A stretch of DNA of 63,980 bases, filler included, from Porpidia crustulata (taxonomy: Eukaryota): NCBI GenBank assembly GCA_964255105.1. It is 7 parts of 7 records of this genome, joined end to end, with 100 filler letters (N's around TTAATTAATTAA, not from the genome) between each part and the next. Parts side by side here need not be neighbours in the genome. Positions count along the whole stretch, not along the records: positions 1 to 9,160 come from CAXUWE010000982.1; positions 9,261 to 18,419 come from CAXUWE010000983.1; 5 more parts are not named here. One strand, given 5' to 3'. Of this stretch, positions 1-12,128 are shown piece by piece (the first letter of the stretch is position 1; each line of letters begins with the position of its first letter). A model generated the notes under the pieces. It did not search any database. It saw only the letters and a program-made list of their open reading frames with translations, and was not told where the DNA came from. The translations under genes were made by a program, and so were the position numbers.

Positions 1-120
1 TCACGCACGGCTCGCTCGCTCTCCGACCACCCTGCATCGAGAAACCGTCATCCCCCCGACTTACCTTTTCCCCAACCATTACCCCTAAAGTCGCTCATGG
101 ATCTCCCGATACCGCCGCTC

Positions 121-1409
121 TCACCCTTCCCAGTACGCCAGCCGCGTCAATCCCATCTTCCCCCCAATCCTCGTCCGCCAGGCTTCCATCGCCTTCACCG
201 TATATGGATTCCGCCCGCCACCGAAGCAAAGCTTGGCTGTGGCGTCACAGCGTTTTGCTGGCACCTCGCGATAAATGGGCTGGTGGAACCCGCCGCTGAC
301 GCGGTTGAGGGAAACGCGCGCGAGACGGGCAGAGCGTCGCCGAGGTCGTTGGCGAGGCATCCCTAGAGGTTGGTGAGGGTGCGGAGAGTAGTGGCGGAGG
401 AGGCGGTGAGGCCCTTGAACTGGCTTTCGGTGGAGGCGAAGTTGACGAGGATGGCGTGGAAGGATTTAGCGGGACTGCTGGTATATCTGGGGGCGTTCCA
501 AGGCAGGAAGCTGGCGGTGAGGTCGATGCAGCGGAATTCAATATGTACAGCGGCCGCGATTGCGATGGTGCTGGTGGGGAATATTGATTCGTCTTCGGCG
601 TCGTAGGAGTCGTCGCTTCAATCGTCGTAGTCGTAGGGATTCCTTATTGTCATCGTCGTCTTTGCTTCCATCATCGGCACAATTATCGCTCGCAATGACG
701 TTGTCTGGGCAAAGGCTGAGCCTCAGGTTTGCTAGCCTGGAAAAAATGGAGTCTCTCATGTGAATCTCGCTCGGTAGGCAGTTGAACGCGGCGAGCGGGT
801 ACAAAAGCTCTGCAACCTGCTCAAGGATTAGACAGACTAATGGGTCCAGGGCGATCATGATATCCTTCCATACCTACGAGTCTGATACAGCGAGCTTTGG
901 ATTTAGGAAGGTGAGATGATCATGGCTACTATTCGTTCATCCATCCTTACTGTAAGCGGAAAGCCACGCCCTGCATTCGAGTTGCGTATGTAGGCTGTGA
1001 AGGCTCTCTAACGCTATGAATTAGTCAAAACTACCTTCTGTAGGCTTTTAAAAGTCTTTGTCACGTATTACAAGAAGAAGACGTCTTCAGAAATGTCCTC
1101 GATATTACGCCAATTTTTTTGCCCCTGTAATATGCTTGCCATTCTTACTCATTTCGGACTATTGGCACGTCGATGAGTTGACTGTCCTGCTGTGCGACGT
1201 CTTGATAAACGAAGCGGGAATAGATCAGAGTCTTGAAGTATGGCGCGAATATGAGATAGGTAGACTTTATGATCTGAAGATATGTATACTTCGTCAAATA
1301 GGTTTTTGACGGCGGCAACGTCGTACGGCTTGCAGACGTCGCGAAGGTTCTTCAGCTGTTTCTTTGGCAGGTGGCTCATGACCATACACATCAGCTCCAT
1401 TGAGGGCAC
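121..1409 (-). pseudogene. Degraded F-box-like protein gene (fragments in several frames)
   Basis: ORF 1149-1409 starts with an F-box-like motif (PSMELMCMVMSHLPKKQLKNLRDVCK..AVKNLFDEVYIS). A plausible continuation (FAPYFKTLIYS) lies in another frame. Further fragments with stops follow at 538-858 (FSRLANLRLSL), ~365-530 (SATTLRTLTNL*) and 121-360 (VSLNRVSGG...FGGGRNPY). Family call is from motif recall. Confidence 0.45.
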
Positions 1410-2403
1410 TTTACTGGAGGCGTTCGAAGAGGCTATTCCGACTGCCAGGAACGACTTGCTTTAGGATCGTTCGGAGGTGGTCCGTGTGAGAGGGATAAGG
1501 TTACGGCCAACTCGAACCGACTGGAGGAGCTGCTCAACAAGTGATTGTTGAGGGTGCCATGGCTAATGTCAAGACATTCGCAAGAGGTCTAGATACGGTG
1601 TGTGAAGTAGAGGGAGTGAAAAACGAGATTGCATTATGTAAAAGATCGGTGTTTTCCTCAAAGCTCGCTATACTTATCCGTCTCTCAATCTGGAGCAAGT
1701 GAGTTGTGCATACGGAATTGTTCTGCGCTTGGCCTATATTCTAGAAGAGGTTAGTGCTGGGCCGAAATACTTTCATAAGATTCGTTCAGTGCTGGCTCAT
1801 GCATCAAAGAGAGTTGAGATCTGGTACATCTAGAAGAGCTGGATCACTCATGGGCGAAAGGTCAGCATCAGATACAACCAGAGTGGTTGGTTCCTATATG
1901 ACAGAACAACAAATTGGTAAGGACGACGTAAGAGTTTGACTAGAAGATGAACTAGATGTTCGGTCAATGTAGGAATGGATGAAGAGCCTGCTGTCAAATA
2001 AATCGTTGGCTTAAGAGTCACGCGACAAGTCAAGGTCACCGAGATCACTTAATTTGACTCTTGACGCTGGTGTTGTGGTCGATGGTTGCTCGCAATAGGC
2101 ATTACAAAGGCTTGGGCTTCTCATAGTGTTCATGATCTTTAGTCCGAGATGTCTGCGAATGAGATGTGGCGAATGTGATCTACGCGGTTCTGATAGAGTG
2201 TCTATGCCTCGAAGCAAGATCCATGGCTAGGCGCCTCTTTGATGGGGTCTCCCAAAGATCCATAGATGTGGAGATACGATGTTGCAGCAACCCCATCCAG
2301 TGAATGTAGGATACGTCCCTGGGTGAATAGAATTACATACGCACGCAAATTCGGACAAATTCCCACATTATGCTTCATCTAGCTGACTATTTTCCTCGCT
2401 ATT

Positions 2404-2445
2404 GCTGTCCTTGGCTCATGGCTGTCCTCGGCTCATGGCTGTCCT
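2404..2445. repeat. Short tandem repeat, 17-bp unit GGCTCATGGCTGTCCTC (~2.5 copies)
   Basis: gctgtccttggctcatggctgtcctcggctcatggctgtcctcg is directly visible. Confidence 0.8.
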
Positions 2446-3461
2446 CGCTTTCGCTCCGATAAACTTGCTATTCGTGTTGCTAGTGCTATATCCGTTCGAC
2501 TGCTGATCACGTGGTTTCTTGCTAACCTTCTTTTTGCACGAGATGACTGAAAGCCATGGCGACCAGGCGAAGAACAAGAAGAACGAAAAGAGGAATAGGA
2601 GATTGTGGAAGAATTGAATCACGAGTCATACAAAAAGCTGCATAGAAAGCGGATTAGCGAGCGTCGCAGCGATTTGAATGGAAGGCTCATGAGTAACAGG
2701 AACCATGAATGTAAACCTCTGCTTCTGATACCTCCGTCAATGTGGCTAATCACTCGTTCTTGAAAGCCCTAATTCATGGCTGCTAGCGCCTTTTGGGAGC
2801 TGGAATTTTTCACCAACGGGGGACGTGCCCGTTGAAATTCGATCCACGGCTCGTATTGCTCCCTACTTAGCGTGCAGAAAGAATCCGAATGCATCTTTAT
2901 AGTGCTCGCGCGATATCCTACAACTAAAATCTCTGTTTTCGAACGGATCGTCAGAGATCATAGCCGATTATGTAACATCAAGGGAATAATCCGGGCAGGG
3001 AAATATTCCCCGAAAGTTCCTGCAGAGTGCGTGTAATTTAAAAACAAAATGCAGGGAGATTTTCAACCATGACATGCAGGGTCCTAATTAGTCTTATGAT
3101 TAGTCAAAGGCTGAATCCTCCGCACCAGCATTAATGTTGCGGCTCCAGTAACCATCGTCATCATCGAGATCCAATTTTCTAAGACTTTGTGACATTGGAT
3201 CTTACCGTCGTTAAGAACGATTCGGCAGAAAACGGAAATGAAGAAGATTCCTCTAAATCAATGAATACCATCTGTTTCATTCGCCTTTGTACCCCTTTTG
3301 CTCTGTCTTGAGTCAAAAACCATCGCAACTCCCCCAAGAAATGAATTGACTAAAAGTTTTATATTTTGTTCCCAGGTTTCGTCTAGAGCATTGGTAGAAG
3401 ATCACGATCCGCAAAGTAAGAGCCGCTTGATGAACATCTGGTGGTTATGTCATATGCCTTG

Positions 3462-4203
3462 TCACACGTCGTCTGCTAATGCCTCCCTCACTGTCCGCAC
3501 GACCATCTTCTGTACGTCTGTGAGGCTTGTGGCACAATCGATGTCAAGTACGTCCCTCCGCTGCTCTTCAACATCTGGTTCTTCCAGCATTTCCATCTGT
3601 GAGTGTACCATTGTGCTTTTCATGTAATGGCCTTTCCTGCTCTGTACCCTCTTCATCAACGTCGCTTCGTCTGCGCGCAGGTAAATGAAATGCACCATGA
3701 TGCTGTGGTTATTGTACGCTGCAATTCGTATGACGTCGCGGTATTTGCGTTTCAGAGCTGAGCACGTGACTACAACACCGTCGTGAGGTTTGGTAGCTGA
3801 ACGGCCTGATGGAGAAAGCCGAGTTGCTGCAGCTTCACGGAGGGAGATCAGCCAGTCCCAGCGGTCAATGTCAGTCAGAGGGATGTTCTGGGACATTTTC
3901 CGTTTGTTGGATTCCGGGTGGTACTAAGAGCCAACAGTCAGGTAAATAAAATGGCAAAGGCAGACAAATCTCAGTCGCACATACATCATCGCCCTCGATG
4001 TAAGGTATGGACAATTCCTTGGCTAGATATTGTGCAATGGTGCTCTTGCCGCAACCTGCTGGACCAGTGATGATCCACATGTGACGGTGGTGATGGGCGG
4101 TAAGAGCGCCGTTGATCTGGTTGATAGTAGTCGTGGTTGCGTAGTCCATTGGTGATGGAGGAGCTGGAAGGTTGTGTTGCCGGTTCACCGCTGCCATGGT
4201 CAT
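3462..4203 (-). CDS. idnK: Gluconokinase (GntK/IdnK family), 2 exons: 4203-3985, 3923-3462
   Basis: P-loop ITGPAGCGKST. EGDD|YHPESNKRKMSQNIPLTDIDRWDWL is restored across a GTATGT..TAG intron. VVTCSALKRKYRD and HYMKSTMVHSQ..LEEP motifs are present. Confidence 0.93.
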
Positions 4204-7082
4204 CTTGCAAATAATTGAACAATGAATATTGTGCGAGTCAAGGAAAAAACTGATTGCTGGACGGGGGCAAGTGCGATTGGAAATGCACAATGTCGGTGGT
4301 GAAGCAGGTGAACAATAACTGGTCTGAGAAGCTATTCATTTCCACGAAAATTATTTGGCTCTCGGGGGAGGGCGGAGTGGTGAGATATGAAGTTTTATCA
4401 GCGAGATTGTGCGTAAACGAGGCAAGTAAGCACACGGCGAATCACCTGAGAAAGGAACACTCAGACATGGAGAGAGGCTTGTGAATGGTGAGATGACCCC
4501 CACACCACACGAGACACTAAGACAGCAAATAGACCGCCAGTGAAAAGCGATGCATGGGGTCAGGTTGAAAGCGTACGTAGTAGACAGTTTTTCCAGGTGA
4601 TCCATGTTCGAAATTGGGCAACGATGGGGCAACAAGTGTAGCGAGAACGCCGGCAGATAGTGCCCGTTTCTGGATTAAAAGAGGTCTGAGCGTTGACGTA
4701 GGGAAATAGCGTCCCGTTGGCCGTTGGAGGAAGTATTCAGTGTGTCAGTGTACGGTGTACTTTACTCTACCTAGTCAGAGTCCTCAAGCACACAGTAACT
4801 CCGGATTTCGTAGCAATGATGGGAATTGAAGGTATCAGATGTAGTCATGAATGCTACTGCTGACCAAAAACACTTTGTTGTTATTATTATCAGACTTAGC
4901 CCAACGCACGTCAACCCTGGATCAGTGTTGTTTAACGCTCGTCGAGTCGATTCGGTTTGATTTGATCCACTTCATTCACACCCAATCTATGATCTGGGAA
5001 GCCAATGGGGCTTGAGAGCCAAATAGGTTCTTGTGCAATTCGCGGTATGGAAAGAGTTCTGTAGAAGAAAAGAAGAAAAAGAACAATGAACAACCACCAT
5101 CATGGATTTCCGCACTCTTCCAGTCTTACTAACACCATGAGCGGAATTACCGAGCTGAAACAGGGTGGCAAGGTGACAAGGTACGTCGCGAGATCGGGGG
5201 TACCTGAGCAATCGGTCGGTCGACTTGAAAAGGTTTAGATCAAGGACCAACAATCTCAACGGCAGGATTATTATATTTATTATCTGTTTCTTGCCCATGA
5301 TACCTATCTCATCTTAATCTTGAGTAATTACAAGCAAGGTATGATGTTCCAATCTAGTGTAAGTACGAGTGGGTAGGCAAAACCTCCATATTCGAAGTGA
5401 AATCCCTTTGAGGTTAACCCCACGACCACACTTTTGGCTTTGTAAACAGCCTCTTTACTAGGCGGGCATGGCGGGTTAGCCAACATCGTCTTCAAAGGAT
5501 TCGAGGTTCAGCTCCTGGGTTTGCGGGCTCTCGGGCCGGTAGAGACACCCCTCATCTTACCTGAAGGCGACCCGAACCGCAGAGTGGAGATTGAAGCGTG
5601 TGTCCAGCTAACTTCTCTTGCCCTTATTTGCCAACTTCACAGAGAAAGGTCCATACATGAGCCATATAGGCATCTGTCTAGGCATCTGTCTCAATGGACA
5701 ATGCCGTGGATCGTGGCTTGGTGACAGACGGTGGGAACAACTCAATTGGCCTTTTGGCTGCAGTGCCCGCTTTTGGCTTGTGCCGTCCTGCAACGATCGA
5801 ACCTAACTGGCCGTGCTGGCGTTGCCAGTTTGATTATTTGATGGACTTCGTTCCCGGAACTAGACTGGCACATTCGTTAACGAAACAAGCTCCACAAATT
5901 CTTCAACCTCAGGCCATCCGATATGGCCAGCTAACCAGAGAGACTATGGCGCGCAGTAGTCTACAATCTGCGTGGGGGGATCAGTCTGGTGCTTGAGGAA
6001 CCAGTCGGAGAATTTAGATGTGGACGACCTCGCATGATCACTTCTCCGCTCATGATCACCAACCCCAAATCTCTGGTTGGGTTGTTACTGCAGTGCAAAT
6101 CCCACCGGAGTCGACCATGTATAGTCCTAACGCGGGCAAGCGCCAATCTTACCCACGCGATGCCACGAATCCGGGGTGCAGCAATCTACGATAACCACCT
6201 CTTTCCCGGTCGCAAGAGGCAGGCAAATAGAACCAAGCCAGGTAACCAATCTGCAGACCGTCGTGCCCGATTCGATGCGCCAAGGAACAGGGACTCGCAA
6301 GCTGATGCGCCGACAATATTCGAAAAGCTAGCCTAGATGCTTCGAAATGTCGATCTTAGGCAGAGAATCTTCAAGTGTTTCGCACCCAACCAAGCACGCA
6401 AGGCAATACATCAAATTATCAATCACGGGATCTTCGACATGCAAACTAAGTCCACCATGATTCGTACTTCAAATCCTTCTACCTTCATCAATCTCCATAA
6501 CCAGCGAATGTTTCGGTCCAACCACATCGCCAGCGAGAAGTAAGGGCGCCTCATAGCATGCATGTCTAGTTTTTCACGGGGAAACCTCGGAGTCTGTCAA
6601 GCGCGCTGCTGAATCTACCCCTTGATAATAAGCTCTATAAGCTTGCCGGCGGCTCAAGAGGCAGGCTTGAGGATAACCGATGAGGAGTGGATTGGCTAGA
6701 ATACATACAAGCTTACTGGAATGAGTAGGCAGGCCGAGTTATGGGGTTTTCTATGACAGATCAACTAAGGTCCATTTGGCTATGTAGTGACAGAGTTCAG
6801 GATATCAGCACATGAGGCTTATTGACCATAAAGTCTGTCATCTCTTCGTAAACGTGGACGGGAGTAGACTTAAGATAGGGCTGATTTGCACTCGCTTAAG
6901 TCGGGAATAAATTGGTGCAACGGCGTACCATGCGTGCATGCCTACCACGTACGTACCGAGCTATACGATCTAAGCTACGCTGTCAGAGACGTCAACAACT
7001 CTCTCCAATTATAATCGACATACGTCCAGAACCCAAAGTTCATTGAATCATTCGACTAGGTGGAATACATGAAGTCTCAGCC

Positions 7083-8449
7083 ATGTCGTATTTCTTCTCA
7101 ACCCCAGTCGACATCGACATTGTTTTGGAGGACACAGATGAGAAAGCCATGGTAGAGATGAAGCTGGACAAGAATCGCAAAGAGAAAGCACCGTTATACA
7201 TGGATGGAGAATCTGTCAAAGGAGCTGTGACGATCAGGCCCAAGGATGGTAAGAGATTGGAACACACGGGCATCAAGGTACAATTCATTGGCACAATTGG
7301 TCCGTAAATCAAAGCTCATGACCCCCGACATGCAGCAGTCATACTGAGGGGAGTACAGAGATGTTCTTTGACCGGGGTAATCATTACGAATTCCTCTCCC
7401 TAGGCCAAGAATTAGCCGCCCCAGGTGATCTCCAACATCCGCAGACCTTCGATTTCAACTTCAAGAACGTAGAGAAGCAGTATGAGTCCTACAATGGTAT
7501 CAATGTCAAGCTACGGTACTTTGTCCGAGTCATGGTATCAAGGCGGATGGCAGACGTTGTACGGGAAAAAGACATATGGGTATACTCCTACCGAATACCG
7601 CCAGAAACAAACAGCTCAATCAAGATGGATGTGGGGATTGAAGACTGCTTGCACATAGAGTTTGAATACTCCAAATCGAAATATCACCTGAAAGATGTGA
7701 TTGTGGGCCGGATATATTTTCTGTTGGTGCGGTTAAAGATTAAGCATATGGAGTTGTCTATCATCCGAAGAGAAACCACCGGGGTAGCCCCGAACCAATA
7801 CAATGAGAGCGAGACTTTAGTGCGATTTGAGGTGCGTATGCTGTTGATTTGTGAGGGGAAGGACGGCACTGACAGATGCTAGATCATGGATGGTTCGCCT
7901 TCAAGAGGTACTGTAGCCTGGCCCGTTCGGCAGGAATTTTTTGCAGCGTCATTCGCTGGGCAGTAACTTCATGCGGACAGGGAATAGCTGACAGTGTCTT
8001 GGACAGGGGAGACCATACCAATACGGTTGTTCCTCGGCGGTTTCGATCTCACTCCTACGTTTCGTGAAGTCAATAAGAAATACTCCACCCGATATTATCT
8101 TAGTCTTGTCCTCATCGACGAAGGTGAGCTAATCTTATTACGTCCCATGTCAGCTAGGTTTCTACTTGCGTTATCAATGCATATACAGTGGCTGGATCTA
8201 TGAGTCTGCTTCTGGGTGTCTTGTCGGTTTCCTTTATTGCTTCTACTCCGACGTGGAGGATTTTTACCCCCACAAAGTCTCTGAGTATCCAAAGACAGTA
8301 TTCCCTGGCTAATGAGAGTAAACTTAGATGCGAGGAGATATTTCAAACAATCAGAAATTGTCCTCTACCGGCAGGCACCCGATGTAGCCGCCGCCCAACA
8401 ACTCCAAGCTCAATCACAACCACAGCAGATCACCGGCGCCGCAGGGTAA
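7083..8449 (+). CDS. VPS26: Retromer subunit Vps26, exons 7083-7299, 7359-7831, 7883-7907, 8007-8123, 8328-8449
   Basis: Typical Vps26 sequence: GKRLEHTGIKVQFIG, SIKMDVGIEDCLHIEFEY, IMDGSPSRGETIPIRLFL, LVLIDEDARRYFKQSEI. All introns are GT-AG and keep frame. Confidence 0.97.
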
Positions 8450-9160
8450 CATCTATTGAGAATTGTTTCTTTTTCAGCGATGTTACACAGGCCATGGCGT
8501 TTGGTAAGAAGTCTACCGTGTGGAAGCGGTGTATCGTTTACCTCTACGAAGACCTTTGAGCGCAGTAAGAATCTACTCATTGAATATGATTCAGAGCTTA
8601 GAACGTCGTTCTTGACATCGGATCTAGCTATCTGATTATAACGAGAGGAATTCCGGGTTTCCTTGACAAAAAAGCCGATGAGGCATCCTTGGCGGAGTAG
8701 ATGTCCGTATCAACGAGGAGCATAGCAAACGAGCTCCTCCGCCACTCCATGCTATATCTTCAACACCAAAAGACATCAATCTCCAAGCCATGCAAAAAGT
8801 TGCAAGTATTATATCCAATCCTCTTACCAGAGCCATGTCCCTAAACCCCATCACCGCGTCTCGCACAATCCTCTCTGAAAGAACGCCGTTGATGTCTCAA
8901 CTCCTCAGCCCAGGCCCCTTTACCTCGCTCATCAACAGACACGAGTCAATGCCATACTTTGACGATTCCCATAACCTTTTAGCCTGACCCGCAGGATAGC
9001 AAGCCTCACAATCACCACTACACCATCGATATGCCCATTACCAGCAACTCTACTTCCCGCTAGACATGATCTGGAACATCCCATCACCGCCCCTGCCGAG
9101 GCTCGCGTGCTTTCATGCCCTCCCAGGCTCCACTTTCCCATCCTTCACCCATTGCCCCAC

Positions 9161-9260
9161 NNNNNNNNNNNNNNNNNNNNNNNNNNNNNNNNNNNNNNNN
9201 NNNNTTAATTAATTAANNNNNNNNNNNNNNNNNNNNNNNNNNNNNNNNNNNNNNNNNNNN
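9161..9260. other. Artificial contig spacer (44N-TTAATTAATTAA-44N)
   Basis: 100-bp N block with a palindromic linker that places stops in all six frames. Confidence 0.98.
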
Positions 9261-9321
9261 GGTTTTGGGAATGGATGAGGATTTGGATTTGGATCTGAAC
9301 TTAGATGTGAATGGAATACTT

Positions 9322-9347
9322 CTCCTCCTCCTCCTCCTCCTCCTCCT
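9322..9347. repeat. (CCT)n microsatellite
   Basis: ctcctcctcctcctcctcctcctcct is visible. Confidence 0.9.
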
Positions 9348-10639
9348 ACTCCCCGTTCTTCTCTTTCCGAAGAAACGGGATAATTGTTGAAAGAGATCGA
9401 TACTTTGATCGATTTCCTGATTAATTACTGGACAATCAATAAACTCTCAACCACCAACCAAATCAAACACATCTAACCCACTAACCCACTAAAGAAAAAA
9501 ACAAATATCTAACGGCGAGGTGCTAGAATCTAGCTGGTTTCATGTATTTGTTTGAGGGATTGGTGATATGGGGCGCGTGGGCTTGGTAGGGGATGGAAAT
9601 GGTGATGTTTGGGAGGGAGTGGGAGAGAGGGTTGGGGAATTGAAAACTCAGTGCTCCGGTGTAGTGTTTGAGATTTAGGTGGATAGTTTGTTTGGTTGAG
9701 GGGAGGTGGGAGACGGTGGTGTTGCAGTTTTCATCTCTCATTTTTCGTTTTTTTTTTATATCATCGACGATGACATTTATAACTACAGTTAAAAAACCTC
9801 GTAGCCGACGTACGCCGCCGCCTTCAAGAATCCTTTCCAAACCTTTCCAACCATCTCCGAGACCCAATCGAATGAATGCATTCCCTCGCCCCCCGTATTT
9901 TCCTTATCTCGCGACCTTCGATTTGATTCTCCTCGACGACTGCAATCGCCCTCCCTCCACCAGACGGGCCTCTTCGGCTTCACAGCCTAGCTCGATTCTA
10001 TTTCGTGCTTATAGTTTGGGTAGGATGGTTTTGATTGATAGTCCTGCTCTTTTGGTTCTTTCTTTTTTGGGAAGCGGGAGGCCCGGGGGGTCCTTCCAAG
10101 GGAGAGTCGAGAATCAAGATTAACGACGGCGTTGTGGGGGAGAGAGGAAGGGTCATGGGTCCGATGGATATATTTCGCACGCGTCGTAGAAGCGTGGAAC
10201 TCCTTTCAGGGAGATGGACGTGCTTAACCCTGACGAACCGCTAGGCTTTAGATATCCAGAGGCGAGCGGTGACAAGACGGTGCTCCCACGCTTCCCCGGT
10301 CGTAGTAATGATCTCGATAACTCGCCATCGCACTTATAGTCGCTGTCGTTTTAGCGACTCCAAGCTTCGAATATTGTGGCTCACCAATTCTTCTAGTGAT
10401 GGGTGTTTGAATTGACTATTTGCCAGTCTTGGTTTCTTTTCCGTGCACAGAGTGCACTTTTGAACAGCCATGGTCCAAGTGATCGGCTGGGCAAGAAAGT
10501 CTACGGCAAGGGTTCAACCCTGAAAAGTGTCGTCCACTTTATCAACCACCTCAAAATCTGCTGATTAAAGGCCGAAGGATAGTAAGTTAGGTCCAGGCTT
10601 CAGAGGCGGATGTGGGTCAGCATTGACGTGTAGCTCAAA

Positions 10640-11596
10640 TCATCCCCCTCCAATCTCCTCCCTCCTAAGGTCGTTCACCACCATATACCTTCCTAGACCA
10701 ACCCAACCCCATCTGAACCACCGCATTTGACTTGCATGTCCCTGCACCATCGCTTTCTGCCCTTTCATCCACTGCCACGGATCACTGATGAATAAGATTC
10801 TTCGCGGCCCTTGCCCCTTCCCAACTTTCTTTTTCCCACCTACGCTACGAATGACACCAAATATCAAAGTAGTAGGTGCGTCGAATATGCCGATGTACTT
10901 GCGTACCAAAGATGTAGTATTTAGAACGTACAGCTCGACCGGACACGCCCAACCGGATTTACTAGCCATAAGCCCAGCGAGCCAGGCATGTGCGCCATAA
11001 AAGAGAGAGTTGTGATTTGGGTGGGCGGAGACGCCGTGGCGGTCAAATGTTAACAGGACATCGATTGTAGCTGTCGGGGCTGCTGATGAAGAAGCGACTC
11101 TTGAGCCATTTACTTGTTGGGCAGGGGTAAAGGCAGCAGAGAGCACACTCGCAATTTCGAAAGATGACCAGGACTTTGTCATGCTGTCGAGGAAATGGGG
11201 AGAGTCGAGTATGAGGACGTCGGAGGGGGAGCGGAGGCCAAGGAGTGAGGCAGAGGCAAGTAATTCACCACGGCGAATGGGGCCAAGATTTTCTGCGTTT
11301 CCTGGATCAGGAGCTAGATTAGCTTACGGGCTTCTTCTGAGGTGGGCTTTCGATCGAAGCCAATGAAAGAGCCCACCAGTACTAAGGCATAGGATCTTGA
11401 CGTGGTTTCCAGATTCAGGAGCTGTAAGGGCGAGCAGGGTGGGGGAAAAGAACATGGCTTCGTCATCGGGATGGGCGATCAGAAGGCAGATGCGTTTGCC
11501 CCGGAGATGAGGCGTGAATCTCGTTGAGATTTGGGCGGTATAGAGCCATAATGTTATTAAAAGGATCGGGATGGTGAGATAGACGTAGAGAGGCAT
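10640..11596 (-). CDS. GPI12: GlcNAc-PI de-N-acetylase (PIG-L), exons 11596-11377, 11301-10640
   Basis: N-terminal TM helix, LLIAHPDDEAMFFSP and TFDRHGVSAHPNH catalytic motifs, C-terminal HASQMRWFRW. The intron joins LCLSTG-NAENLG. Confidence 0.95.
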
Positions 11597-12128
11597 TTGT
11601 GGACGTAGGGAAAGAGAAAGGGTGATTGTTGATGTAGCAACGGAGACAAATCACAGCATATTTGTGAAGGAGAAATATTTTGTTCCTGCAGGATAGAACA
11701 TTGTCCGGGGTGAGAGGCGTTGTGGCTTTGCTAATAAATGAGGCGTCGAAAAATAAAACGCTTTACTCTTTGTAGCTGCAATTATATCTACACTAAAGCG
11801 TGACATCCGACTTATCAGCGAAGCCACAACGCCTTTTATCGATGGGCAGAGGAGAAGGATCGTTTACTATACGTTTCTTTAAACATGTAAAATCCTTGAT
11901 CATGAATTGTTACACTTTTAATACAGTCCTGCCTTATATAACAACTATGTGTAACAAAATATAATTTGTAGACTCATCAACAGTAACAGCCGAACTCCGT
12001 AGATAACCCACATTTCCGCCCTAGCCAGAACACCCATTCCGATCATTATACGCCTAGATATTGTAATATCCGTTGAATTCCACCGCCATTAGCAAGAAGC
12101 CTTCTGTGTATCGTACAACCCAAGCCGG

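Noticed and set aside
4300..7000. Short ORFs between gluconokinase and VPS26
   Set aside because: No recognisable motifs or consistent splice pattern.
9205..9216. TTAATTAATTAA palindrome recurring about every 9.25 kb as a biological repeat
   Set aside because: Always centred in a 100-bp N block; it is an assembly linker.
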